Below are positions 38,353 through 48,069 of a DNA stretch of 64,000 nt, piece by piece; the stretch's first letter is position 1, and every line of letters starts with the position of its first letter. Under the pieces are notes generated by a model that had not been told where the DNA came from, did not search any database, and worked only from the letters and a program-made list of their open reading frames with translations. The position numbers and the translations under genes are program-made. This DNA is from Deltaproteobacteria bacterium (lineage in GTDB: Bacteria > Bdellovibrionota_C > UBA2361 > OMII01), in contig CANLJX010000001.1 in the NCBI GenBank assembly GCA_947491545.1, positions 8,006 through 72,005 on the forward strand, read 5' to 3'.

Positions 38353-38568
38353 AGCGCACCTTACATTCCGCTAATCGCTAACGACCCGTCGAAAAACGGT
38401 GGCGAAATCACCTTATTTACCGGAGGCCCGTTCATACAGCTCCAGGATACCAAACGGACCGGCGACAAAGCCCGGTCCCAGGCAACACCCCTCCGGCTGA
38501 GAGGCGCAAGGTTGCGCCCTCATCCTTCAATTATAGAGCCGCGGAAAGTTTCGGGGGAAGCAGGAAAA

Positions 38569-38612
38569 ACTTAAGGGCGCAGAATAACGGCTAAAAACCG
38601 ATACTCTGCGCC
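38569..38612 (-). terminator. putative terminator of paralog B gene
   Basis: Inverted repeat AAGGGCGCAGA...TCTGCGCCCTT (10-11 bp stem, long loop), followed on the minus strand by GTTTTT. Confidence 0.4.
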
Positions 38613-38658
38613 CTTACGAGCAGTACCCAGCTCTACACTGGGTAACTTTCCGGCGTAT

Positions 38659-38949
38659 TTATGCGATAGCGTCGGACGCGGCGTACTCGCGGGCCTGTGC
38701 ATCAGCCTGGCGCGAAATCGCCTTGCGGAGGCTCTCTGAATCGAGATCGAGTGCCTCGCAGATAAAACGGAACGAAAGAGGGGCATCGGTTGGCTCATCT
38801 TCCAAGAGCCATGCGCGCGCACCATCTCGTACCTCGCCTTCGCCCCCGATGAAGTCGTGGATCGCCCTCTGGAGAACCGCTGCAAGTAATCGCAGTTCAG
38901 GAATCGAGCTACCCGGGGTCGGAACATCAGAATTTGACCAGAATTTCAT
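38659..38949 (-). CDS. hypothetical protein, paralog B of the same small-protein family
   Basis: ATG at 38949 with AAGGGA 10 nt upstream, preferred over the TTG at 38967. Conserved core LLAAVL...ARAWLL...SFRFICEALDLD. Confidence 0.55.
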   Translation of the reverse strand: MKFWSNSDVPTPGSSIPELRLLAAVLQRAIHDFIGGEGEVRDGARAWLLEDEPTDAPLSFRFICEALDLDSESLRKAISRQADAQAREYAASDAIA

Positions 38950-39339
38950 ATTTGATTGTCCCTTCAATAAGTAAGTAAATAAGTGTCGCTACGTGTGGGC
39001 TGGCGAGCCAGCTCAACAGTTCGCAACTTTTGTAACAAAGTGGCTACTTCATCCATGAGCCCAGTCACTTCCTGGAAACCGCATCCACGATACAAGAGTG
39101 GAAGACGAAACCAGTACAACGAAACAACTGAGCCTTGCTGGCCAGTAACCAAACGGGCTAACCACCGGGGGAGGACTCTCCGAACCTGGAGAAGCCTCTT
39201 ATAACGGAGGGTCCTAACTGCATCAGCCGGGCTCCGGTCAATGCTTCAGGTTTTCCTACCGCGCACCCTGGTCTTAATCAAATAAATGTCGCCATTCACT
39301 TGAGACCACCGCCACATTCCGAAGAACTGCACGACACCC

Positions 39340-39364
39340 GAAAAAAAGACGCCCGTCCAGGCGT
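39340..39364 (-). terminator. minus-strand intrinsic terminator-like hairpin inside a 950-nt ORF-free region
   Basis: GACGCC-TGGACG-GGCGTC followed by TTTTTTT when read on the minus strand. No annotated minus-strand gene lies upstream of it. Confidence 0.45.
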
Positions 39365-39923
39365 CCAATCAGCGAGTTCCGAGCAACGTTGACCCTGTAG
39401 TAGCGGTTCGACCGAAAAGTCACCTTTAGGGCCGACACCGTAACCACCCATCGGAGACCGATGATTTTACGGGCACTTTCACTCGCTAAGAGCCGCCAAG
39501 GACCCTACAGCGAGTAGCTTCGGAGAGGGCGAGCGCGATTCGCTCGCATCGATTTTCAGGGTTACCCCTGCAAACCGGAGGGCGGAGAATAAGGTGCCGC
39601 AGATCCGTTTGTCCAGGAAAAAGTGCTTAGCGCTCAAGAAAATAGCGGGAAGAGTTAGTTCCTAGCGCAAACACCGATTCAGCTACGGTAAGTGCATAAA
39701 AACCCGCGCATCGGGGGCACGTGACAGAGCCGCACTCCCTCAAACTGGCGATACTTTCTTGGCTATTCGGTCGGGATCTGTCTTTATTTGAGGTGTTCGG
39801 ATGAGGCCCTGCGCGGGCGACAACGGGGTAAATTTCAAACGGCTCGCTATGTGGCCTTGGGCGCGTTGAATATGAACGGGTAGTTACGTATCATCGAATA
39901 AGTTTTGTACTGGAGCGATCTCG

Positions 39924-41183
39924 TTGACACAGAGAGATGCTAAAAACGCAGTGGGAGTAAGGCTGGTGCCGGGCGAGTCGGTGCGGCCGCTGTTCCCGTT
40001 CTTCAGTGAGGGGCCGGGCGGCTCCTACCTAGACTCAGCGGCTACCACTCAGAAGCCCAAGGTGGTGCTGGACGAACTGCTGCGGGTGTTAGTACACCAC
40101 AATGCCAACGTGCACCGTGGTGCCTATCGCCTCAGTGCTGAAGCCTCCGAGCTGTACGACCAAGCTCGAATGAAGGTGGCGAAAATGATCGGTGCCCCGT
40201 CGGAGCGCTCGATCGTGTTCGTGCGCGGAGCGACAGAGGCGATAAATCTCGTGGCGTACGGCTCCGAGCAGCTCTTCAATCCTGGTGATACGATTCTTCT
40301 TACTTTGCTCGAGCACCACAGCAATATCGTTCCGTGGCAGCTGCTCGCGAAGCGCCGCGGGCTCAAGATTGCCTTCGCGGATATTACAGACGATGGGCGT
40401 CTCGACATGGACGACTTTAGAGAGAAGCTAACCTCGCTGAAGCCGAAGCTTGTTGCGGTAACCCAGCTGGCCAACTCTCTCGGCACCGTTACTCCGATTG
40501 CTGAGATCGTTTCTCTCGCGCAGCAGGCTGGCGCTCAAGTGCTGGTCGATGGGGCGCAGGGAGTGACACACCTCGGAGTCGACGTGCAGGCGCTAGGGTG
40601 CGACTACTACGTTTTTTCGGGGCACAAGATGTACGGGCCGACCGGCATTGGAGTGCTCTACGGTCGGCCGGAGCGGCTTGAAGCGCTCCAGCCGTTCCAG
40701 GGTGGCGGGGACATGATCTCGTACGTCAGCGTTGAGGGATCCGGTTGGGCCGAGGTGCCGCAGCGCTTCGAGGCTGGGACGCCTGCATTTCCCGAGGCGA
40801 TTGCGCTCGGAGCAGCGGTGGATTTCCTCAGTCGCTTCGAGCGGTCCGAGATTATTTTGCACGAGTCCTCGTTGGTGGCTGAGGCTTGTGAGCTTCTCCG
40901 GGGCGAGCAGGGGGTCGTACTGCATGGGCCGGCAAGCCGCGGTGAGAAACAGCTAGCGGTGGTGTCATTCTCGATAGATTCAGTTCACCCGCATGATTTT
41001 GCCACGATCGCGGATACCCACAATATTCAGGTGCGTGCCGGAAACCACTGCGCCATGCCGACGCTACGGCGTCTTGGTGTCCAAGCAACTGTCCGGCTGA
41101 GCTTTGGCCTTTACTCGTGCCGTCAGGACCTTGTCGCCGTGCGCGAGGCGATCCGCGAAGCGCGCCAGCTCTTTGGTCGTTAG
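39924..41183 (+). CDS. cysteine desulfurase, SufS/CsdA subfamily (class V aminotransferase fold)
   Basis: SGHKMYGPTGIGVLYG (PLP lysine region), HHNANVHRG, catalytic Cys in RAGNHCAMP. TTG start per the ORF track. Confidence 0.85.
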   Translation: MTQRDAKNAVGVRLVPGESVRPLFPFFSEGPGGSYLDSAATTQKPKVVLDELLRVLVHHNANVHRGAYRLSAEASELYDQARMKVAKMIGAPSERSIVFVRGATEAINLVAYGSEQLFNPGDTILLTLLEHHSNIVPWQLLAKRRGLKIAFADITDDGRLDMDDFREKLTSLKPKLVAVTQLANSLGTVTPIAEIVSLAQQAGAQVLVDGAQGVTHLGVDVQALGCDYYVFSGHKMYGPTGIGVLYGRPERLEALQPFQGGGDMISYVSVEGSGWAEVPQRFEAGTPAFPEAIALGAAVDFLSRFERSEIILHESSLVAEACELLRGEQGVVLHGPASRGEKQLAVVSFSIDSVHPHDFATIADTHNIQVRAGNHCAMPTLRRLGVQATVRLSFGLYSCRQDLVAVREAIREARQLFGR

Positions 41184-41193
41184 TGGCTGCTTG

Positions 41194-41775
41194 CTAGCGC
41201 AGCCCGACGGCCTTGTGTCGAATCATAAGAATTGCCAGGAAATTGTACGCGCCGTGCGTCACCATAGCCGCGGCAAGAGAGCCAGTAGCGGCGACCACCA
41301 CCCAAAGGTAGAGGCCGACCCCAGTGTACAGCGGTATCATTCCGCCGAAGCGCCTCAGGTTTCCAATAAAGTGCACGTAGGCAAAGAGCGCACTTGATAC
41401 AAACGCGGCGAAGGTTGCACCACCAGCTGTCGTCAGCACCTGATTGAGTGCCCCCCGGAATAGAAGCTCTTCGGCGAATCCGGATAGGACCGCGACCACT
41501 AGGGCAAGAAGAGGGGGTATCCGCGTGCAGAGCGGCACTATGATTTCCCTGCTGAAGCGCGCGAAGACGGTGTCGGGGTGCTTCAGGCTCCAGAGCCACA
41601 GAGCATGGTTGAAGATAAGAAGTGGTATCGCCGCGGCTGCGCCAAAAGCTAGCTGTGCCGCGGAAGCGAAGAGAGTAAAGGAAAGACCTGTTGCCCAGTA
41701 GATTGCGCAAGCAAACGCGACAAGTAGCCCCTCTGAGAGAAGGGCGGCGGCGAGAATCGTGGCTCGTGTCGTCAT
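41194..41775 (-). CDS. CPBP-family intramembrane glutamic endopeptidase (CAAX protease/Abi-like)
   Basis: GFAEELLFRGALNQVL (EExxxR), FAYVHF, HGAYNFLAIL. Confidence 0.8.
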   Translation of the reverse strand: MTTRATILAAALLSEGLLVAFACAIYWATGLSFTLFASAAQLAFGAAAAIPLLIFNHALWLWSLKHPDTVFARFSREIIVPLCTRIPPLLALVVAVLSGFAEELLFRGALNQVLTTAGGATFAAFVSSALFAYVHFIGNLRRFGGMIPLYTGVGLYLWVVVAATGSLAAAMVTHGAYNFLAILMIRHKAVGLR

Positions 41776-41779
41776 GCGC

Positions 41780-42370
41780 TTACCGAGCTTGGCGGGGCTT
41801 CGGCAAGGCGAGGCACTCGACCAGGGCGACGGCCGCTTGAGTTAGAGCGCTGCGGCGCGCCTCGTTGAGTTGCTCTGAGAACGCAAACTTTGCGGTGTAA
41901 GTTACGTCGCCGACGCCCGTGCACTCGCGAACAAGAGCACCGTCGGGAGATCGCAGCGTCGCGTTCAACACGACGTCAGAGTGAGGTCTGCGAACAAGAA
42001 GGTAGCAGTAGCCCGAGACAGTAAGATCTTGGACCGTTACCTCAAGGTTGAAGGCCACCTGGTCGGAGGGGGTCGTGGGTTCAACCATTCGATACCCTTT
42101 TAGCCCCCCCTGCACCTTGAGCTGGTCGGTGACTTCTTGTGCGAGGTCTGGCGTGTATATCCGTGTGACGGGAATTGCGGTCAGGTACTGGTAGCCACGG
42201 TGGCCGGCTACTGGGGTTGTGTTGACGGAGAGGCCGATACTTGCGTCAGCCAGGTCGTGCAGTCGAGAAACCGCTGGGGGGGCCTCGATCTGTGGTAAGT
42301 CAGCAGGAAAACAGCCGCTTAGAAGGAGTAGCAGGGCTGAGGTGGGGTACTTTTTGAGCAGTCTTACCAT
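41780..42370 (-). CDS. lipoprotein, function unknown
   Basis: MVRLLKKYPTSALLLLLSGC lipobox. Immediately upstream of the CPBP gene on the same strand. Confidence 0.6.
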   Translation of the reverse strand: MVRLLKKYPTSALLLLLSGCFPADLPQIEAPPAVSRLHDLADASIGLSVNTTPVAGHRGYQYLTAIPVTRIYTPDLAQEVTDQLKVQGGLKGYRMVEPTTPSDQVAFNLEVTVQDLTVSGYCYLLVRRPHSDVVLNATLRSPDGALVRECTGVGDVTYTAKFAFSEQLNEARRSALTQAAVALVECLALPKPRQAR

Positions 42371-42426
42371 TTGTTCCGCGCGTCAGCACTTCAATCCCGT
42401 AGGTGGTAGCGGTACCATAGACAAAG

Positions 42427-43800
42427 GTGTCAAATGCCGCTAGCTGGTTTGACCGCCTCAAGCCCTTAGCCATACGTATGAGTGAATCATCTTCAAACAG
42501 AAATGACCGGCTCGACCTGGGCCTTTCGGACCTGCTCTCGAGTGTGGGCAAGGAACCGGCTCAAGTAATACCTGGACCGGAATCGCCGCGCAGCGCTCCC
42601 CCGCTAGACGAAGCTTCGGTCTCGGCGTCCAACGGTTCTCCCTATGCCAAGCTGAAAGACGACGGGCGTTGGCAGGAAATCATAGCGATAGCCGAGCGAT
42701 CTTTGACGGGGGAGAAGGGTGCAGAGAGCTCGCTCTGGTGGGTCCGCGGGCACCTCGGAGCGCTCTCCATGCCGGTGTCGCTACTCATAGCTCCGTTCGA
42801 GAGAGTTGCGCGAGAGCTGTCCACGCAGCCGGCGGGCACCGATAGCGGGCGCCTCCTTGAGGAGACTGCCGGTATTATGTTGGAGCGTTTGCAACAGGTC
42901 GGCGAGCGGGAGCAGGTGGTCTCCTTTCAGACTCTCCTCAAAGAGCTACACATAACGGCGGTGTCAGGAGAGTTGGGAAAGCACCGGCACACATGGACGC
43001 TCTCTGCCGAGACGCCGCAACCGGACTCGTCACCTCCTTCGCTTCCCGGGCAGGTGCCGCAGGTTGCTCGCCGGCGTGCTCCGAGACTGGCAATTTTGCT
43101 GGTGCTGCTCCTGTTCTTCGCAGGAGCATCTCTCGCTCTGTGGGAGATTCGAGCCTCGCTGTTTTCAACCCCGACCGCTCTGGCGTTCGAAGGGTTCGTC
43201 CAGGATTCTTCGCTTCCGGAGCAGGAGCAGGCTGCGGTTCTACCCCGTGATCCCGTTGGTGACCTTAATGCGCTTTTTTACTCGATTGAGCCGGCTACCC
43301 CAGCCCCGAGTAGTGACACTGGCAGGGAGCTCAATAGCAGTCAGTCATCGCAGCGAGGCACTGAGTCAGGATCGGGGGGAGGACCGCAGGGCGGGGCTTC
43401 AACTGCAGGGGCCTCGGCTCCCGCGGCAAAGCCCAAAGACCGGGTCGACACAAATGGTCCAGTCGAAGGCTCAGAATACCGCAGCGGCGTAGATCGTGGT
43501 GCGGCGGGTTCGAGCCGTCAGCCGCCCCCGGCGCGGGGCCCTGACCGCCGACAACCGCCTGGCCCATTTGATCGGCCGTCGCAGGGTACGGTGTACCGGA
43601 TAATCGCTAGGGTGAATGTTGTCGGATCGCCGAGCTACAGGGGAGCGGTTATCGGGCGACTTCAGCCGGGCGATGAGGTTCTTGTCGACGACCGGGTTGG
43701 CGCCTGGCTCAAGCTGCGCTCGAGGCGCGGCAACGAGGGCTTCATCCTGGCTCAGGATGCAGAGGTCGTTGAAGGTAAGAGCGCCGACGACCTGCGTTAA
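42427..43800 (+). CDS. single-pass membrane protein with C-terminal bacterial SH3 (SH3b) domain
   Basis: TM segment RLAILLVLLLFFAGASLALW, then a Pro/Gly/Arg-rich linker, then C-terminal YRIIARVNVVGSPSYRGAVIGRLQPGDEVLVDDRVGAWLKLRSRRGNEGFI. Confidence 0.65.
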   Translation: MSNAASWFDRLKPLAIRMSESSSNRNDRLDLGLSDLLSSVGKEPAQVIPGPESPRSAPPLDEASVSASNGSPYAKLKDDGRWQEIIAIAERSLTGEKGAESSLWWVRGHLGALSMPVSLLIAPFERVARELSTQPAGTDSGRLLEETAGIMLERLQQVGEREQVVSFQTLLKELHITAVSGELGKHRHTWTLSAETPQPDSSPPSLPGQVPQVARRRAPRLAILLVLLLFFAGASLALWEIRASLFSTPTALAFEGFVQDSSLPEQEQAAVLPRDPVGDLNALFYSIEPATPAPSSDTGRELNSSQSSQRGTESGSGGGPQGGASTAGASAPAAKPKDRVDTNGPVEGSEYRSGVDRGAAGSSRQPPPARGPDRRQPPGPFDRPSQGTVYRIIARVNVVGSPSYRGAVIGRLQPGDEVLVDDRVGAWLKLRSRRGNEGFILAQDAEVVEGKSADDLR

Positions 43801-43962
43801 CCGAATTGCCAGCGTTTCCCGAATTACCCGGATTGATTGCGGTGCGTCGAAGGAGATGAGGATACTCTAAAAAAAAGAGACGCCTCATGGCGTCTCTTCT
43901 TCATGTGCAGCCGCCCGCCCGCAAGGCGCACGCCGACACTGTAAACGAGCGGGCCGCGGGAC

Positions 43963-44274
43963 CTACTCGTCGGAGTCAGCCTCTGCCGACTCATTCTCGG
44001 AAGCGCTCTCCGTCGCAGAAGCCTCGGAAGCATCACCTTCCTCATCGGCTTTCTTCGTGCGAAGAACTCTTGAGGCTTGCAGCCCCTTGGGACCTTCCTT
44101 GAGCTCGTACTCAACGGTCTCGCCGTCCTTCAGGGTCTTGAAACCCTCGCTGGCGATAACCGAATAGTGCACGAAAACATCTCGGCCACTTGTGTGCTCG
44201 ATGAAACCAAAGCCTTTGGCGTCATTGAACCACTTCACAACCCCCTTAAGGGTACCGGACTCAGACTCAGACAT
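43963..44274 (-). CDS. cold-shock protein (CspA family) with acidic C-terminal tail
   Basis: [33 protein letters not shown] motifs, plus a 35-aa Asp/Glu/Ser/Ala-rich tail. Confidence 0.9.
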   Translation of the reverse strand: MSESESGTLKGVVKWFNDAKGFGFIEHTSGRDVFVHYSVIASEGFKTLKDGETVEYELKEGPKGLQASRVLRTKKADEEGDASEASATESASENESAEADSDE

Positions 44275-44748
44275 ACTTACTGACTCCCCGCTAAAAAACG
44301 CACGGTGTTAAAAACCTACCACATTCATTTTTGGTTACAATACTGCAGTGAGGCCGACCTTTCGCCGTCCCTGGAAGTTGAGATTCAGGAAGGCAGGGGA
44401 GAGTTCCAGGTTTTTGTGCAATCGGCTGCGTGCTGCTTCGGCGCTCCCCGGTATGGGGCGAGCAGTCGACGAGAACTTCAGAAAAAGAAGTGCAATACTA
44501 GCCCGTTACGAGTGGAAGGGGAGACCTGCCCTGAAAGTGCCTAAAAGGCCAGGACCGATTGATAAGGGCATTATCCAAAAGGTATAGTTAGCCGTCGCTG
44601 AGGGCTGTTCTATGCCCCTAAACGACAGGAAAAGACGCCCCCAAAAGAGGGACTGCCCCTGCAGCCTGCCCTCCGTTTGAGTTCCCGCGCTGGCCGCTCA
44701 AGGTGGCAGACTCCCTGACACTGCTGAAAAGAGGCACCCCGACTTCTC

Positions 44749-46209
44749 ATGGAATCGACCACTTCAGTCTCCGTAATAGACTTCCTGCCTGAGCCGCTCT
44801 GCCTTCTCGGGCGGGATATGCGCTGCCTCGCTGCGAACTCGGCTTTCGCCGCGCTGCTCGGGCGCTCGGTGCAGGAGCTAGTCGGCCAGCCGGCGTCGCT
44901 CTTCATCCGCGACTCGGGGGGGCTACGCTGGGAGACGCGTGAATTCCGTGCCGAGTTCCTCGCCGCCAGTGGCGCGGCGAGGGTGGTGAAGCTTGCCTCA
45001 TACGCCGGCGACGCGATGGCGTTGCGGGTGATCGCTTCTCTGTCAGAGGAGCGTTCACCTCAGGTGTTCCACAATCAGCGCCTTGAGACGCTTGGGCTCC
45101 TGGCCGGAGGGGTCGCGCACGACTTCAACAACATCCTGACGGGAATGCTCGGGCACGTTGCGTACTTGCGCCACGTCCTTCCGCAGAAGGGCGAGCATTC
45201 CGAGTCGCTGGTCGCAATCGAGGAGGGTGCGCTACGCGGCTCTTCGCTGACGCAGCAGATCTTGAAGTTCTCAAAGCTCGACTCCCAAGAAGCTACCGCG
45301 CGCGTCGACGTTGGCGACCTCGTGACGCGTGTGCTGGCGCTGCTGAAGAGCGCTATCCCAGCTTCGATCTCAGTGCGCGTGACGATTCCCAAAGTTCCCA
45401 CGGTTGTGATTGCCTCCGAGGCTCAACTGACTCAGGTTGTGATCAACCTGATCGTGAACGCTAGAGATGCGATTAAGGGAGCGGGCGAGATCTCAATCGT
45501 GGTCGTCGGGCGAGACAGTCCGGAGCGTGTTCGCGCCCTGTTTGGCGCGGAGCCGCCGGCTCCGGCATACGGCGCGGTAATCGTCAAAGACTCTGGCGAG
45601 GGCATGGACGAGTCCGTGCGAGCTAGGCTCTTTGAGCCATACTTCACGACTAAGAAGGAGCGAGGAACAGGTCTTGGCCTCTACACCGTGAGCTCGATAG
45701 TGAAGCAGCTCGGCGGAGCGGTCGAGGTCGAGTCAGAGAGAGGGAAGGGCACTGAGTTTCGGATTGTGCTCCCGGTTGTGCCTGAAGAGCCGCAGTCGGT
45801 TGAAGCGCAGCCAAGCGAAGTTGGCAGCCCGGCTCGCGGCAACGGCGAGCGGATCCTCGTGGTCGATGACGAGTACGCAGTGCGCAACGTGCTGGGGCTT
45901 AGCCTCTCGCACCTCGGATACACGGTAGAGACAGCCGAGTCTGGGCTTGAGGCGATTGAGAAGTTCTCCTCCGGCGAGGCGCCATTTCAGCTCGTGATCC
46001 TTGATCTCCTGATGCCGGGCCTCTCGGGCGAAGAGGTGTTCCTACGCTTGAAGGAGATGCGCGGCGATGTGCGCGTTCTGATCGTGAGCGGCTTTAGCTC
46101 GGAAGGTACTGTTGAGCGGATCCTTTCAGTTGGCGGCAGAGATTTTATCCAGAAACCGTTCTCGATAGATGTATTGGCAAGAAAGGTGCGTGGGTGTTTG
46201 TGTGATTAA
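44749..46209 (+). CDS. hybrid sensor histidine kinase/response regulator (PAS-HisKA-HATPase-REC)
   Basis: HisKA H-box GGVAHDFNNILTGMLGHVAYL. ATPase motifs NLIVNARDA, DSGEGM, GTGLGL. REC domain ILVVDDEYAVRN...LVILDLLMPGLSG. Confidence 0.85.
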   Translation: MESTTSVSVIDFLPEPLCLLGRDMRCLAANSAFAALLGRSVQELVGQPASLFIRDSGGLRWETREFRAEFLAASGAARVVKLASYAGDAMALRVIASLSEERSPQVFHNQRLETLGLLAGGVAHDFNNILTGMLGHVAYLRHVLPQKGEHSESLVAIEEGALRGSSLTQQILKFSKLDSQEATARVDVGDLVTRVLALLKSAIPASISVRVTIPKVPTVVIASEAQLTQVVINLIVNARDAIKGAGEISIVVVGRDSPERVRALFGAEPPAPAYGAVIVKDSGEGMDESVRARLFEPYFTTKKERGTGLGLYTVSSIVKQLGGAVEVESERGKGTEFRIVLPVVPEEPQSVEAQPSEVGSPARGNGERILVVDDEYAVRNVLGLSLSHLGYTVETAESGLEAIEKFSSGEAPFQLVILDLLMPGLSGEEVFLRLKEMRGDVRVLIVSGFSSEGTVERILSVGGRDFIQKPFSIDVLARKVRGCLCD

Positions 46210-47245
46210 GCCGTACAAGATCCGCAATGTTGCTGTCTCTCCAGGCCTGGTGCTTTCTCCGATGAGCGGAGTTACTACGCGCCCGTTCAGGCGGCTGGTA
46301 AAGGAGCTTAACCCAGGAGCTGTCGGGCTGCTCGTGAGCGAATTCGTGTCTGTAGAGGGGATGACGCGCGGCTCCCAGCGCACGCTAGAGATGATGCGCT
46401 TTGCAGAAGAGGAGCGCCCATACTGCGTGCAGATCTTCGGCTACGACGTTGACCGAATGCGCGATGCGGCCCTGATGGTACAGGACCTCGGAGCAGATGT
46501 CGTTGACATCAACTGCGGGTGCCCGGCTCCAAAGGTCGTAAAGCGCGGCGGTGGCTGCGAGTTGATGCGCCAGCCGGAACACCTACAGAAGGTCGTCTCA
46601 GCAGTGAGGAAAGCCGTCACTATCCCCCTCACGCTCAAGATGCGCTCGGGCTGGGACGAAAGCTCAAGGAACGCCGTGGATCTCGCCAAGATGGTAGTGA
46701 GTGAGGGAGTCGAAGCTCTCGCCGTGCACGGGCGCACTAGGGCGCAGCTTTACCGCGGGTTGGCCGATTGGTCGCTGGTTGAGGCGGTCGCCGAAGCGGT
46801 CGATGTTCCAGTGCTGGGTAGCGGCGATGTGGTCGATCGGGCGAGTGCGGATGAGCGGCTACGCGGCAAGGTGGCTGGGCTCTTCATCGGCCGAGCAAGC
46901 ATCTGGAACCCGCTCGTGTTCGGCGAGATCGTGTCGGGAGCCCAGAGCGCCTTAAAAGGGAACCAGGAGCTGATGCTCAAAGTCCTGATGCGCTACATCG
47001 AGCTTCTGCGAGAGGACTTTCAGGAGAGCTCCTGCCCAGGAAAAGTGAAGCAGCTAGCGTCGCAGATGTGCCGCGGGGCGCCCTGGCGCAAGCAGCTACT
47101 GACTCTCAATACGCTTCCGGAGCAGATCCGGCTTCTTGAGATGGTGCGGGACGGGGCTTTCCGCAATACTGTGGCCGCAGCCAGCGAAGAGGCAGAGCTC
47201 GGAACAGAAGGCGAGGAGAGCTGCGACCAGTATGCGGCTGCATAG
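46169..47245 (+). CDS. tRNA-dihydrouridine synthase (Dus family)
   Basis: LVLSPMSGVTTRPFRRL and VDINCGCPAPKVVKRGGG. The true start may be the GTG at 46202 rather than the ATG at 46169, which overlaps the upstream gene by 41 nt. Confidence 0.8.
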   Translation: MYWQERCVGVCVIKPYKIRNVAVSPGLVLSPMSGVTTRPFRRLVKELNPGAVGLLVSEFVSVEGMTRGSQRTLEMMRFAEEERPYCVQIFGYDVDRMRDAALMVQDLGADVVDINCGCPAPKVVKRGGGCELMRQPEHLQKVVSAVRKAVTIPLTLKMRSGWDESSRNAVDLAKMVVSEGVEALAVHGRTRAQLYRGLADWSLVEAVAEAVDVPVLGSGDVVDRASADERLRGKVAGLFIGRASIWNPLVFGEIVSGAQSALKGNQELMLKVLMRYIELLREDFQESSCPGKVKQLASQMCRGAPWRKQLLTLNTLPEQIRLLEMVRDGAFRNTVAAASEEAELGTEGEESCDQYAAA

Positions 47246-47272
47246 GGAAGTCTACACGGTTCAGGGACCAGA

Positions 47273-48034
47273 GTGCTCAGGGTAAACAACGTCTACCGCA
47301 GCTTCGGCGAGAAAGAGGTGCTCAAAGGCGTCACGGTGACCCTGAAGCCCGCCACGATTACGGGGCTGATCGGGCCGAGCGGAGGTGGCAAGAGCATCTT
47401 GCTCAAGATTATAGCGAACACTGCGCGTGCAACCTCTGGCAGCGTTGAATTCGACCAAGGCCTTGGGCCTAATGACGTAGGGCTCATGTTTCAGGAGGGT
47501 GCTCTCTTTGACTCGCTCTCAGTGTACGACAACGTCGCGTTTCCGCTGGTCGGAGGAAAAGTTCCAACTACGGCGCTGCCAGCGGAGCAGCGCGAAATGG
47601 TGTGCGACAAGGTGAGCGAGATCCTAGCGAGAGTTGGCCTAACTCGGGCAGCGTACAAGATGCCGGGCCAGATAAGCGGCGGAATGCGCCGGCGGGTGTC
47701 ACTTGCCCGCGCGCTCGTCGGGCGGCCAAGGATCCTGTTGCTCGACGATCCTACGAGTGGCCTCGACCCCGTGGCGAGCAGCGTCATAATGGACCTCATT
47801 GTCGGTCTGCACAGCGAGTATAAGCCCATTACCCTGATCGTGAGCCACGACTTGCGCCGCCTCTTGCCAGCGTCGGAGCGGATACTTGCGCTCTTTGACG
47901 GCGGTATCGTGTTCGACGGCACACTTGAGGATCTGCGTCAGGGAGCATCCGCATCGGTTCGTAGCTTTGTGTCGTGTCGATTTGAGCTTGGTAATCCGGC
48001 AGCGGCGCTGGAGCCTGTGCAGCCAACTCTTTAG
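47273..48034 (+). CDS. ABC transporter ATP-binding protein (MlaF-like), no adjacent permease
   Basis: Walker A GPSGGGKS, signature ISGGMRRRVSLARAL, Walker B ILLLDDPTSGLD. GTG start. Confidence 0.85.
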   Translation: MLRVNNVYRSFGEKEVLKGVTVTLKPATITGLIGPSGGGKSILLKIIANTARATSGSVEFDQGLGPNDVGLMFQEGALFDSLSVYDNVAFPLVGGKVPTTALPAEQREMVCDKVSEILARVGLTRAAYKMPGQISGGMRRRVSLARALVGRPRILLLDDPTSGLDPVASSVIMDLIVGLHSEYKPITLIVSHDLRRLLPASERILALFDGGIVFDGTLEDLRQGASASVRSFVSCRFELGNPAAALEPVQPTL

Positions 48035-48069
48035 CTAGGAATTGGCAGTAGTATGATGAAGAAGAAAGT

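Noticed and set aside
39180-39700. Possible RNase P RNA, tmRNA, SRP RNA or riboswitch in the long intergenic region
   Set aside because: I looked for the universally conserved blocks (GGAAAGTCCGGGCTCC and ACAGAACCCGGCTTA for RNase P; the TCCACCA 3' end and ANDNYALAA tag for tmRNA; GGAA tetraloop domain IV for SRP; the B12 box; the TPP CTGAGA box) on both strands and none is present. I can only call it an unassigned structured region.
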